From contig NC_090414.1 of NCBI RefSeq assembly GCF_036365525.1, positions 21,041,846 to 21,105,845 on the forward strand: a stretch of DNA of 64,000 nt, read 5' to 3'. Of this stretch, positions 12,101-24,200 are shown one piece after another. The DNA is from Heterodontus francisci (lineage: Eukaryota). Below the pieces are notes generated by a model, which saw only the letters and a list, made by a program, of their open reading frames with translations, ran no database searches and was not told the origin of the DNA. Position 1 is the stretch's first letter. Each line of letters opens with the position of its first letter. The translations under genes were made by a program, and so were the position numbers.

Positions 12101-15100
12101 CCCAGTGAGAGTCAGTGTGTGTGGGACCCGTACCCCAGTGAGAGTCAGTGTGTCTGAGACCCGTACCCCAGTGAGAGTCAGTGTGTGTGGGACTCGTACC
12201 CCAGTGAGACTCAGTGTGTCTGAGACCCGTACCCCAGTGAGAGTCAGTGTGTGGGACCCGTACCCCAGTGAGAGTCAGTGTGTGTGGGACCCGTACCCCA
12301 GTGAGAGTCAGTGTGTGTGGGACTCGTACCCCAGTGAGAGTCAGTGTGTCTGAGACCCGTACCCCAGTGAGAGTCAGTGTGTGTGGGACTCGTACCCCAG
12401 TGAGAGTCAGTGTGTGTGGGACCCGTACCCCAGTGAGAGTCAGTGTGTCTGAGACCCGTACCCCAGTGAGAGTCAGTGTGTGTGGGACTCGTACCCCAGT
12501 GAGAGTCAGTGTGTGTGGGACCCGTACCCCAGTGAGAGTCAGTGTGTGTGGGACCCGTACCCCAGTGAGAGTCAGTGTGTGTGGTATCCGTACCCCAGTG
12601 AGAGTCAGTGTGTGTGGGACCCGTACCCCAGTGAGAGTCAGTGTGTGTGGGACCCGTACCCCAGTGAGAGTCAGTGTGTCTGAGACCCGTACCCCAGTGA
12701 GAGTCAGTGTGTGTGGGACTCGTACCCCAGTGAGACTCAGTGTGTCTGAGACCCGTACCCCAGTGAGAGTCAGTGTGTGTGGGACCCGTACCCCAGTGAG
12801 AGTCAGTGTGTGTGGGACCCGTACCCCAGTGAGAGTCAGTGTGTGTGGGACCCGTACCCCAGTGAGAGTCAGTGTGTGTGGGACCCGTACCCCAGTGAGA
12901 GTCAGTGTGTGTGGGACTCGTACCCCAGTGAGATTCAGTGTGTCTGAGACCATTACCCCAGTGAGAGTCAGTGTGTGGGACCCGTACCCCAGTGAGAGTC
13001 AGTGTGTCTGAGACCCGTACCCCAGTGAGAGTCAGTGTGTGTGGGACTCGTACCCCAGTGAGACTCAGTGTGTCTGAGACCCGTACCCCAGTGAGAGTCA
13101 GTGTGTGGGACCCGTACCCCAGTGAGAGTCAGTGTGTGTGGGACCCGTACCCCAGTGAGAGTCAGTGTGTGTGGGACTCGTACCCCAGTGAGAGTCAGTG
13201 TGTCTGAGACCCGTACCCCAGTGAGAGTCAGTGTGTGTGGGACCCGTACCCCAGTGAGAGTCAGTGTGTGGGACCCGTACCCCAGTGAGAGTCAGTGTGT
13301 GTGGGACTCGTACCCCAGTGAAACTCAGTGTGTCTGAGACCCGTACCCCAGTGAGAGTCAGTGTGTGGGACCCGTACCCCAGTGAGAGTCAGTGTGTGTG
13401 GGACCTGTACCCCAGTGAGAGTCAGTGTGTGTGGGACCCGTACCCCAGTGAGAGTCAGTGTGTGTGGGACTCGTACCCCAGTGAGAGTCAGTGTGTGTGG
13501 GACCCGTACCCCAGTGAGAGTCAGTGTGTGTGGGACCCATACCCCAGTGAGAGTCAGTGTGTGTGGGACCCATACCCCAGTGAGAGTCAGTATGTGTGGG
13601 ACCCGTACCCCAGTGAGAGTCAGTGTGTGTGGGACCCGTACCCCAGTGAGAGTCAGTGTGTGTGGGACCCGTACCCCAGTGAGAGTCAGTGTGTGTGGAA
13701 CACGTACCCCAGTGAGAGTCAGTGTGTGTGGAACACGTACCCAAGTGAGAGTCAGTGTGTGTGAGACCAGTATCCCAGTGAGAGTCAGTGTGTGTGGAAC
13801 CCGGACCCCAGTGAGAGTCAGTGTGTGTGGGACCCGTACCCCAGTGAGTGTCAGTGTGTGTGGGACCCGTCCCCCAGTGAGAGTCAGTGTGTGGGACCCG
13901 TACCCCAGTGAGAGTCAGTGTGTGTGGGACTCGTACCCCAGTGAGACTCAGTGTGTCTGAGACCCGTACCCCAGTGAGAGTCAGTGTGTGGGACCCGTAC
14001 CCCAGTGAGAGTCAGTGTGTGTGGGACCTGTACCCCAGTGAGAGTCAGTGTGTGTGGGACCCGTACCCCAGTGAGAGTCAGTGTGTGTGGGACTCGTACC
14101 CCAGTGAGAGTCAGTGTGTGAGGGACCCGTACCCCAGTGAGAGTCAGTGTGTGTGGGACCCGTACCCCAGTGAGAGTCAGTGTGTGTGGGACCCATACCC
14201 CAGTGAGAGTCAGTATGTGTGGAACCCGTACCCCAGTGAGAGTCAGTGTGTGTGGGACCCGTACCCCAGTGAGAGTCAGTGTGTGTGGGACCCGTACCCC
14301 AGTGAGAGTCAGTGTGTGTGGGACCCGTACCCCAGTGAGAGTCAGTGTGTGTGGAACACGTACCCCAGTGAGAGTCAGTGTGTGTGGAACCTGTACCCCA
14401 GTGAGAGTCAGTGTGTGTGAGACCAGTATCCCAGTGAGAGTCAGTGTGTGTGGGACCCGTACCCCAGTGAGTGTCAGTGTGTGTGGGACCCGTACCCCAG
14501 TGAGAGTCAGTGTGTGTGGGACCCGTACCCCAGTGAGAGTCAGTGTGTGTGGGACTCGTACCCCAGTGAGAGTCAGTGTGTGTGAGACCCGTACCCCAGT
14601 GAGAGTCAGTGTGTGTGGGACCCATACCCCAGTGAGAGTCAGTATGTGTGGGACCCGTACCCCAGTGAGAATCAGTGTGTGTGGAACCCGTACCCCAGTG
14701 AGAGTCAGTGTGTGTGGGACCCATACCCCAGTGAGAGTCAGTGTGTGTGGGACCCATACCCCAGTGAGAGTCAGTATGTGTGGGACCCGTAGCCCAGTGA
14801 GAGTCAGTATGTGTGGGACCCGTACCCCAGTGAGAGTCAGTGTGTGTGGGACCCGTACCCCAGTGAGAGTCAGTGTGTGTGAGACCCGTACCCCAGTGAG
14901 AGTCAGTGTGTGTGAGACCCGTACCCCAGTGAGAGTCAGTGTGTGTGGAACCTGTACCCCAGTGAGAGTCAGTGTGTGTGTGACCCGTACCCCAGTGAGA
15001 GTCAATGTGTGTGAGACCCGTACCCCAGTGAGAGTCAGTGTGTGTGGGACCCGTACCCCAGTGAGAGTCAGTGTGTGTGGAACCCGTACCCCAGTGAGAG

Positions 15101-18100
15101 TCAGTGTGTGTGGAACCTGTACCCCAGTGAGAGTCAGTGTGTGTGAGACCAGTATCCCAGTGAGAGTCAGTGTGTGTGTGAGACCAGTATCCCAGTGAGA
15201 GTCAGTGTGTGTGTGAGACCAGTATCCCAGTGAGAGTCAGTGTGTGTGAGACCAGTACCCCAGTGAGAGTCAGTGTGTGTGAGACCAGTACCCCAGTGAG
15301 AGTCAGTGTGTGTGTGAGACCAGTATCCCAGTGAGAGTCAGTGTGTGTGTGAGACCAGTATCCCAGTGAGAGTCAGTGTGTGTGAGACCAGTACCCCAGT
15401 GAAAGTCAGTGTGTGTGTGTGAGACCTTTATCCCAGTGAGAGTCAGTGTGTGTGAGACCAGTATCCCAGTGAGAGTCAGTGTGTGTGTGAGACCTTGATC
15501 CCAGTGAGAGTCAGTGTGTGTGTGAGACCTTTATCCCAGTGAGAGTCAGTGTGTGTGTGAGACCTTTATCCCAGTGAGAGTCAGTGTGTGTGTGAGACCT
15601 GTATCCCAGTGAGAGTCAGTGTGTGTGTGAGACCTGTATCCCAGTGAGAGTCAGTGTGTGTGTGAGACCTGTACCCCAGTGAGAGTCAGTGTGTGTGAGA
15701 CCTGTATCCCAGTGAGAGTCAGTGTGTGTGAGACCTGTATCCCAGTGAGTGTCAGTGTGTGTGGAACCTCACCAGACACCAGTGAGAGTCAGTGTGTGTG
15801 AGACCTGTATCCCAGTGAGTGTCAGTGTGTGTGGAACCTCACCAGACACCAGTGAGAGTCAGTGTGCGTGGGACCCATACCCCAGTGAGAGTCAGTGTGT
15901 GTGGGACTCGTACCCCAGTGAGAGTCGGTGTGTGTGAGACCTGTACCCCAGTGAGAGTCGGTGTGTGTGAGACCTGTATCCCAGTGAGAGTCAGTGTGTG
16001 TGAGACCTGTATCCCAGTGAGAGTCAGTGTGTGTGAGACCCGTATCCCAGTGAGAGTCAGTGTGTGTGGGACCCGTACCCTAGTGAGAGTCAGTGTGTGT
16101 GTGAGACCAGTATCCCAGTGAGAGTCAGTGTGTGTGTGAGACCAGTATCCCAGTGAGAGTCAGTGTGTGTGTGAGACCTGTATCCCAGTGAGAGTCAGTG
16201 TGTGTGAGACCTGTATCCCAGTGAGAGTCAGTGTGTGTGTGAGACCTGTATCCCAGTGAGAGTCAGTGTGTGTGTGTGAGACCTGTATCCCAGTGAGAGT
16301 CAGTGTGTGTGTGTGAGACCTGTATCCCAGTGAGAGTCAGTGTGTGTGTGTGAGACCTGTATCCCAGTGAGAGTCAGTGTGTGTGGGACCCGTACCCCAG
16401 TGAGAGTCAGTGTGTGTGAGACCAGTATCCCAGTGAGAGTCAGTGTGTGTGTGAGACCTGCATCCCAGTGAGAGTCAGTGTGTGAGTGTGAGACCTGTAT
16501 CCCAGTGAGAGTCAGTGTGTGTGGGACCCGTACCCCAGTGAGAGTCAGTGTGTGTGTGAGACCTGTATCCCAGTGAGAGTCAGTGTGTGTGTGTGAGACC
16601 TGTATCCCAGTGAGAGTCAGTGTGTGTGAGACCTGTATCCCAGTGAGAGTCAGTGTGTGTGTGAGACCTGTATCCCAGTGAGAGTCAGTGTGTGTGTGTG
16701 AGACCTGTATCCCAGTGAGAGTCAGTGTGTGTGGGACCCGTACCCCAGTGAGAGTCAGTGTGTGTGGGACCCGTACCCCAGTGAGAGTCAGTGTGTGTGG
16801 GACCCGTACCCCAGTGAGAGTCAGTGTGTGTGGGACCCGTACCCCAGTGAGAGTCAGTGTGTGTGGGACCCGTACCCCAGTGAGAGTCAGTGTGTGTGGG
16901 ACCCGAACCCCAGTGAGATTCAGTGTGTGTGGGACCCGTACCCCAGTGAGATTCAGTGTGTGTGGGACCCGTACCCCAGTGAGATTCAGTGTGTGTGGGA
17001 CCCGTACCCCAGTGAGAGTCAGTGTGTGTGGGACCCGTACCCCAGTGAGAGTCAGTGTGTGTGGGACCCGTACCCCAGTGAGAGTCAGTGTGTGTGGGAC
17101 CCGTACCCCAGTGAGAGTCAGTGTGTGTGGGACCCGTACCCCAGTGAGAGTCAGTGTGTGTGGGACTCGTACCCCAGTGAGAGTCAGTGTGTGTGGGACT
17201 CGTACCCCAGTGAGACTCAGTGTGTCTGAGACCCGTACCCCAGTGAGAGTCAGTGTGTGTGGGACCCGTACCCCAGTGAGAGTCAGTGTGTGTGGGACTC
17301 GTACCCCAGTGAGACTCAGTGTGTCTGAGACCCGTACCCCAGTGAGAGTCAGTGTGTGGGACCCGTACCCCAGTGAGAGTCAGTGTGTGTGGGACCCGTA
17401 CCCCAGTGAGAGTCAGTGTGTCTGAGACCCGTACCCCAGTGAGAGTCAGTGTGTGTGGGACTCGTACCCCAGTGAGACTCAGTGTGTCTGAGACCCGTAC
17501 CCCAGTGAGAGTCAGTGTGTGGGACCCGTACCCCAGTGAGAGTCAGTGTGTGTGGGACTCGTACCCCAGTGAGACTCAGTGTGTCTGAGACCCGTACCCC
17601 AGTGAGAGTCAGTGTGTGGGACCCGTACCCCAGTGAGAGTCAGTGTGTCTGAGACCCGTACCCCAGTGAGAGTCAGTGTGTCTGAGACCCGTACCCCAGT
17701 GAGAGTCAATGTGTGTGGGACTCGTACCCCAGTGAGACTCAGTGTGTGTGGGACCCGTACCCCAGTGAGAGTCAGTGTGTGGGACCCGTACCCCAGTGAG
17801 AGTCAGTGTGTCTGAGACCCGTACCCCAGTGAGAGTCAGTGTGTGTGGGACCCGTATCCCAGTGAGAGTCAGTGTGTGTGGGACCCGTACCCCAGTGAGA
17901 GTCAGTGTGTGTGGGACCCGTACCCCAGTGAGACTCAGTGTGTCTGAGACCCGTACCCCAGTGAGAGTCAGTGTGTGGGACCCGTACCCCAGTGAGAGTC
18001 AGTGTGTGTGGGACCCGTACCCCAGTGAGAGTCAGTGTGTGTGGGACCCGTACCCCAGTGAGTGTCAGTGTGTGTGGGACCCGTACCCCAGTGAGAGTCA

Positions 18101-21100
18101 GTGTGTGTGGGACCCGTACCCCAGTGAGAGTCAGTGTGTGTGGGACTCGTACCCCAGTGAGAGTCAGTGTGTGTGAGACCCGTACCCCAGTGAGAGTCAG
18201 TGTGTGTGAGACCCATACCCCAGTGAGAGTCAGTATGTGTGGGACCCATACCCCAGTGAGAGTCAGTATGTGTGGGACCCGTACCCCAGTGAGAGTCAGT
18301 ATGTGTGGGACCCGTACCCCAGTGAGAGTCAGTGTGTGTGGGACCCGTACCCCAGTGAGAGTCAGTGTGTGTGGGACCCGTACCCCAGTGAGAGTCAGTG
18401 TGTGTGGGACCCGTACACCAGTGAGAGTCAGTGTGTGTGGGCACCCGTACCCCAGTGAGAGTCAGTGTGTGTGGGACCCGTACCCCAGTGAGAGTCAGTG
18501 TGTGTGGGACCCGTACCCCAGTGAGAGTCAGTGTGTGTGGGACCCGTACACCAGTGAGAGTCAGTGTGTGTGGGACCCGTACCCCAGTGAGAGTCAGTGT
18601 GTGTGGGACTCGTACCCCAGTGAGAGTCAGTGTGTGTGGGACCCGTACCCTAGTGAGAGTCAGTGTGTGTGTGAGACCAGTATCCCAGTGAGAGTCAGTG
18701 TGTGTGTGAGACCAGTATCCCAGTGAGAGTCAGTGTGTGTGGGACCCGTACCCCAGTGAGAGTCAGTGTGTGTGGGACCTGTACCCCAGTGAGAGTCAGT
18801 GTGTGTGGGACCCGTACCCCAGTGAGAGTCAGTGTGTGTGGGACTCGTACCCCAGTGAGAGTCAGTGTGTGTGAGACCCGTATCCCAGTGAGAGTCAGTG
18901 TGTGTGGGACCCGTACCCTAGTGAGAGTCAGTGTGTGTGTGAGACCTGTATCCCAGTGAGAGTCAGTGTGTGTGTGAGACCTGTATCCCAGTGAGAGTCA
19001 GTGTGTGTGAGACCTGTATCCCAGTGAGAGTCAGTGTGTGTGTGAGACCTGTATCCCAGTGAGAGTCAGTGTGTGTGTGAGACCTGTATCCAGTGAGAGT
19101 CAGTGTGTGTGTGAGACCTGTATCCCAGTGAGAGTCAGTGTGTGTGTGAGACCTGTATCCCAGTGAGAGTCAGTGTGTGTGTGAGACCTGTATCCCAGTG
19201 AGAGTCAGTGTGTGTGTGAGACCTGTATCCCAGTGAGAGTCAGTGTGTGTGGAACCTCACCAGACACCAGTGAGAGTCAGTGTGTGTGTGAGACCTGTAT
19301 CCCAGTGAGAGTCAGTGTGTGTGTGAGACCTGTATCCCAGTGAGAGTCAGTGTGTGTGTGAGACCTGTATCCCAGTGAGAGTCAGTGTGTGTGTGAGACC
19401 TGTATCCCAGTGAGAGTCAGTGTGTGTGGAACCTCACCAGACACCAGTGAGAGTCAGTGTGTGTGTGAGACCTGTATCCCAGTGAGAGTCAGTGTGTGTG
19501 GGACCCGTACCCCAGTGAGAGTCAGTGTGTGTGTGTGGGACCCGTACCCCAGTGACAGTCAGTGTGTGTGGAACCTCACCAGACACCAGTGAGAGTCAGT
19601 GTGTGTGTGAGACCTGTATCCCAGTGACAGTCAGTGGGTGTGGGACCCGGATCCCAAAGTTGGCAAGAAATGAAGAGGTAAGATTGAAATGCGATCAGGT
19701 GGTGTGAATTGTCTAAAGCTAATCACAATGTAGAGTAAATCAAGTGGGATGAATAGAATAGATCAGATTGGAACAGAGGATTTTAATATGATCAGAACCA
19801 ACATGATTAACAGATGCTAAGCTGGTTATAGGACTGATGGAGAAAAACTGAAAAGGGAGGAGCTGAGTTCGACCAGGCAGAAAGATACAGAACCCTTGTG
19901 AGGCACAGATGAGAAAGGGCCCAGTCACAGCTCCAGTGACACATTGAATCCAAGCATACTGTCTGGGGGCGGGGGGGAAATGACTGTCAGATGACCTGGT
20001 TTGTTTGCGAGTGTGGATAAAGTTTGGGCATTCAGAGCTTGGATTAAAGACTAAAAATCAAGCTCAGAGTGTGAGGTACATCAAACGGGCTGTCAGCATG
20101 TAAGTATACAGACATATTTCCCTTGCCTACGTACTACGAGTGTTGTATTATATGTCTAAGGTTAGATAGAGGCCAAAATCTTACGGTACATGGCCGTGGA
20201 ACCAGTACCCCAGTGAGAGTCAGTGTGTGTGGGACCCGTACCCCAGTGAGAATCAGTGTGTGTGGGACCTGTACCCCAGTGAGAGTCAGTGTGTGTGGGA
20301 CCCGTACCCCAGTGAGAGTCAGTGTGTGTGGGACCTGTACCCCAGTGAGAGTCAGTGTGTGTGGGACCCGTACCCCAGTGAGAGTCAGTGTGTGTGGGAC
20401 TCGTACCACAGTGAGAGTCAGTGTGTGTGAGACCCGTATCCCAGTGAGAGTCAGTGTGTGTGGGACCCGTACCCTAGTGAGAGTCAGTGTGTGTGTGAGA
20501 CCTGTATCCCAGTGAGAGTCAGTGTGTGTGTGAGACCTGTATCCCAGTGAGAGTCAGTGTGTGTGAGACCTGTATCCCAGTGAGAGTCAGTGTGTGTGTG
20601 AGACCTGTATCCCAGTGAGAGTCAGTGTGTGTGTGAGACCTGTATCCCAGTGAGAGTCAGTGTGTGTGTGAGACCTGTATCCCAGTGAGAGTCAGTGTGT
20701 GTGTGAGACCTGTATCCCAGTGAGAGTCAGTGTGTGTGTGAGACCTGTATCCCAGTGAGAGTCAGTGTGTGTGTGAGACCTGTATCCCAGTGAGAGTCAG
20801 TGTGTGTGTGAGACCTGTATCCCAGTGAGAGTCAGTGTGTGTGTGAGACCTGTATCCCAGTGAGAGTCAGTGTGTGTGTGAGACCTGTATCCCAGTGAGA
20901 GTCAGTGTGTGTGTGGGATCCGTACCCCAGTGAGAGTCAGTGTGTGTGGGATCCGTACCCCAGTGAGTGTCAGTGTGTGTGGGACCCGTACCCCAGTGAG
21001 TGTCAGTGTGTGTGGGACCCGTACCCCAGTGAGAGTCAGTGTGTGTGGGACCCGTACCCCAGTGAGAGTCAGTGTGTGTGGGATCCGTACCCCAGTGAGA

Positions 21101-21618
21101 GTCAGTGTGTGTGGGACCCCTACCCCAGTGAGTGTCAGTGTGTGTGGGACCCGTACCCCAGTGAGTGTCAGTGTGTGTGGGACCCGTACCCCAGTGAGTG
21201 TCAGTGTGTGTGGGACCCGTACCCCAGTGAGAGTCAGTGTGTGTGGGACCCGTACCCCAGTGAGAGTCAGTGTGTGTGGGACCCGTACCCCAGTGAGAGT
21301 CAGTGTGTGTGGGACCCGCACCCCAGTGAGAGTCAGTGTGTGTGGGACCCGTACCCCAGTGAGAGTCAGTGTGTGTGGGATCCGTACCCCAGTGAGAGTC
21401 AGTGTGTGTGGGACCCCTACCCCAGTGAGTGTCAGTGTGTGTGGGACCCGTACCCCAGTGAGAGTCAGTGTGTGTAGGACCCGTACCCCAGTGAGAGTCA
21501 GTGTGTGTGGGCACTAGTCCGAAAGCCTTACCCGCACAATTTGTTGCTTCTCGGAGGGCGGCTCATAATCTCCCAGCACCTCCTTCACCACGTGTTTTCT
21601 TTTCGTCGCCTGCGACAT
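3127..21618 (-). CDS. EIF1AD: EIF1AD, eIF1A domain-containing protein (about 170 aa)
   Basis: Coding exons 21618-21532 ([29 protein letters not shown]), 6727-6619 ([36 protein letters not shown]), 4831-4723 ([37 protein letters not shown]), 3854-3813, 3292-3127 (...[16 protein letters not shown]...EEEEGGEV*). GT-AG, phases consistent, 513 nt total. Upstream exon donor at 22564. Confidence 0.96.
4075..4525 (-). mobile_element. Deu-domain SINE, near full length with tRNA-like head
   Basis: Reverse complement of the 565-925 family; head contains gagtcagaaggttgtgggtttgagtcc (B-box-like). Confidence 0.75.
5010..6345 (-). mobile_element. CR1 LINE 3' fragment (degenerate RT)
   Basis: Minus frames give [45 protein letters not shown] and [11 protein letters not shown]. 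Confidence 0.9.
5499..5748. repeat. 35-bp tandem repeat (~7 copies) within the CR1 fragment
   Basis: Unit ccaatactgtacacagtactccagatgtggtctca. Confidence 0.92.
7220..19655. repeat. 33-bp minisatellite/satellite array, segment 1 (EIF1AD intron)
   Basis: Unit ccagtgagagtcagtgtgtgtgggacccgtacc with variable (tg)n (31-39 bp variants); hundreds of copies. Confidence 0.98.
20196..21513. repeat. 33-bp minisatellite array, segment 2
   Basis: Same unit; ends about 18 nt from the donor site of the first EIF1AD coding exon. Confidence 0.97.
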
Positions 21619-22559
21619 CCTGGACTCTGGGCGACACTTTCAGCTCAGAGTCCAACAAAACCTGCAAGAGGAGAAGCGAACATGAGCACCAAGCTCTGAC
21701 CCAGGAGCAACGTAAGTGCCCAAAAGACAAAAGTGCAACTTTCATTTATCTAGTGGCATTAACACCCCCTTCGACCAAATTTAGCAAGTCGGCGATGCTC
21801 AGGAGGCCAGAAGGGGAGGTGTGCAGAGATCTCGGAGAGCTGTGGAGCTGGAAGAGGTTATAAGGATAGGGGACAAGGAGGCCATGGCGGGATTTGAAAA
21901 CAAGGATGAGAATTTTAAAAATCGGGGTGTTGCCAGACTAAGAGGACAGCGGTGGTGATGGGCAAACAGGACTTGGTATGAATTAGGATGCAGAGCAGCA
22001 CAGTTTTGGATGAGCTCAACTTACGGAGGGCAGAAGTGCAGGCAGTGCCTAGCCATTGGCTACCAATCCTATGCTAACAATCTGTACTTAGGTTAAACAT
22101 TCCTGAAGCCAATGAGTGAGATCCAGTAACTGGGTGGGTGGAGTGCAGTGGGAGAAAGGTCCCCGCGGTGACTCCTGAAGACCACCGGTTTATTCTGCTA
22201 CTGGCCTCAATCACACATTTACATCCCCAACCTTTGTGTGAAGAAGCGTTTCCTGATTTCGCTCCTGGTTTTATTTTAAATGATGATCTTCCCTCGTCTC
22301 CATCCCCAGCAAAAGAGGAAATCACGCCACTGTATCTAACCCCCCCATCGGCCGGCCAGCGGAGTGCTGCAACAGTCCAATCAGGAGGTAACTAAGGGAA
22401 CGGGTGAGGACTTCCATAGCCGAATAGCTCAGGCGGGGTTGGGAAATGGAGAATACCGGCGGGAGGGGTGGTGAAGTATAAAGAGCTCCCACCCCGGCCA
22501 GAGCATGGAGAGACCAAACCCACCCCCGGCCAGCGACGGTCCAACCCCCCGGGACCCAC

Positions 22560-22960
22560 TCACCTGTGTTCAGCCGCCATGCTCAGCCGGCAGGACTTCC
22601 GGTCGGATCTTCTTTTTCCCTTCCCCCGGCGACTTCCGGTGCGACCCTTACCTCTCACCCACTACCTTCCGGCCCCGACCTCTCTGCCCTTTTCCCCCCA
22701 CCCGACTTCCGGCCGCCCATTGATACGCAGAAGGCGGCGCAGCCTCTACCCGGAACGGGGCCAAGTTTTTGTCCCCAAAGCTATTCGCTCGGCCGGTTTA
22801 CAGGGAGGAAGGGGGAGGGGGGGGGGCTTTTAAACGTCGCGCTCGGAACCCAAGTGAAGCAGCCGCGGTCGGCGAGAGAGGGAAGGATTTAAAGGACGGG
22901 ACGGGGGGTCGTGACCCGGAAATAGTTGGTTGGCGGGGATTGGCGGCAGCGGCAGGTACT
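22560..22960. promoter_or_regulatory. CpG-island bidirectional promoter EIF1AD/BANF1
   Basis: CpG-rich; repeated ETS/GABP-type cores cttccgg (~22596, 22632, 22667, 22706) and ccggaa (22750); YY1-like ccgccat at 22574 and cgcccatt nearby; divergent first-exon donors at 22564 (-) and ~22955 (+). Confidence 0.8.
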
Positions 22961-24200
22961 GAGGAGTCGGAGAGACACCCGGGCCCGGGGGGAGGGGGGA
23001 GGTTGGTGGGTGGGTGGCGAGGCCGCAGCAGGCCGACCTCAGGACCCTCCTCACCCCGCTGGATATCGGATTCCCGGGGTCGCAGGGCCGCCAACCCGAC
23101 CCCCCCCCCCCCCCCCACAACCTGGAGTTGGAATGAGTGTGCAGCCTCCTCCAGTCGAATAGCCGGGGAGGGTGGGTTGGGGGGAGTTGTGAATTAAAAT
23201 GCTTTGCTTCCTCCTTTTTCCACCCTCCCTCGTTCCTTGAGGCACCTGTTGGCTGGGGGAGGGGAGGGTTGGTGGGGGGGGGACCAAGGCTGGGGGAGGG
23301 GAGGTGGGTGAATAACGCCGGGAGAAGTGGGTGGGTGTCGGTTGGAAGTGGGTGGGTGTAATTCCCCGGTCATTCATTTTCACTTTCGCTTTATACTGAT
23401 TTGTTTTGATTACATTTGTTCTCTGTCTGTGGGTGGGGTGGTGGTGGGGGTGGGGGAGTTTCCCCATCTCAGGGTTGCATCAGAACATAAAGGGGCAGAA
23501 AAAGCCTCCCCTCTCTGAAGCACATTCCTGAGCTCACCTGGGTGTTTATGACCAGCGGGAAGCTTTGCTGATCAGTTTTCTGGAGCTAGGCCGTGAATTG
23601 TCTCGAATGTGGGGTGGGGGTAGGGGGTTTAGTGCTGGTCCCAGTGCCACAAGCACTGGACGACTCAACTCATCCTGTGTCAAGTCACAGCTCAGTGTCT
23701 CACTCTCCTCTCCTGAGTCAGAAGGTTGTGGGTTCGAGTCGGGTCTATATTCTGTGTCCAGCATTCGGATTGGGTCAGGTTTAGGTTGGCTGGGGTCTGA
23801 TTTTGTATCTGTTTCTTTTTAATCTACGTTTTGACGCAATTTTTTTTATTCTGTGCTGATAACATGTTTGATATTTTCCGGGCGGGCATGAAAAAACAAT
23901 TGAAGTAGTCTGGGTCGGGTTTTAATTTTATACCCAAGCCAGGCTTTAGGCTCGTGTCCCACTCCAGAGACTTGAGCACATAAAAATCCAGGCCGACGCA
24001 TCCGGTGTCAGTATTGACCAACTGCTTGGTGGAGATGCTTTGGGTTGGTCCTGAGGTGGGGAAATGTGCAAGTTGCTTCTTGAAGGGGAAAACGAGCAAC
24101 ATCTATGTAATCTGGCCCTGTAGTTTAATCCTCTGAACCCAGGAAGCGTCCTGATTTTGTGTGTGTGTTTTTTTTTAAAGTAGAAACACACAGCAGCACA

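Noticed and set aside
7220-21513. CRISPR-like regularly spaced repeat
   Set aside because: No unique spacers, no cas genes, vertebrate context.
7661-21517. Many long ORFs ([33 protein letters not shown] repeats)
   Set aside because: By-products of a 33-bp unit lacking stops in several frames; constantly frameshifted by (tg)n changes and located in an intron.
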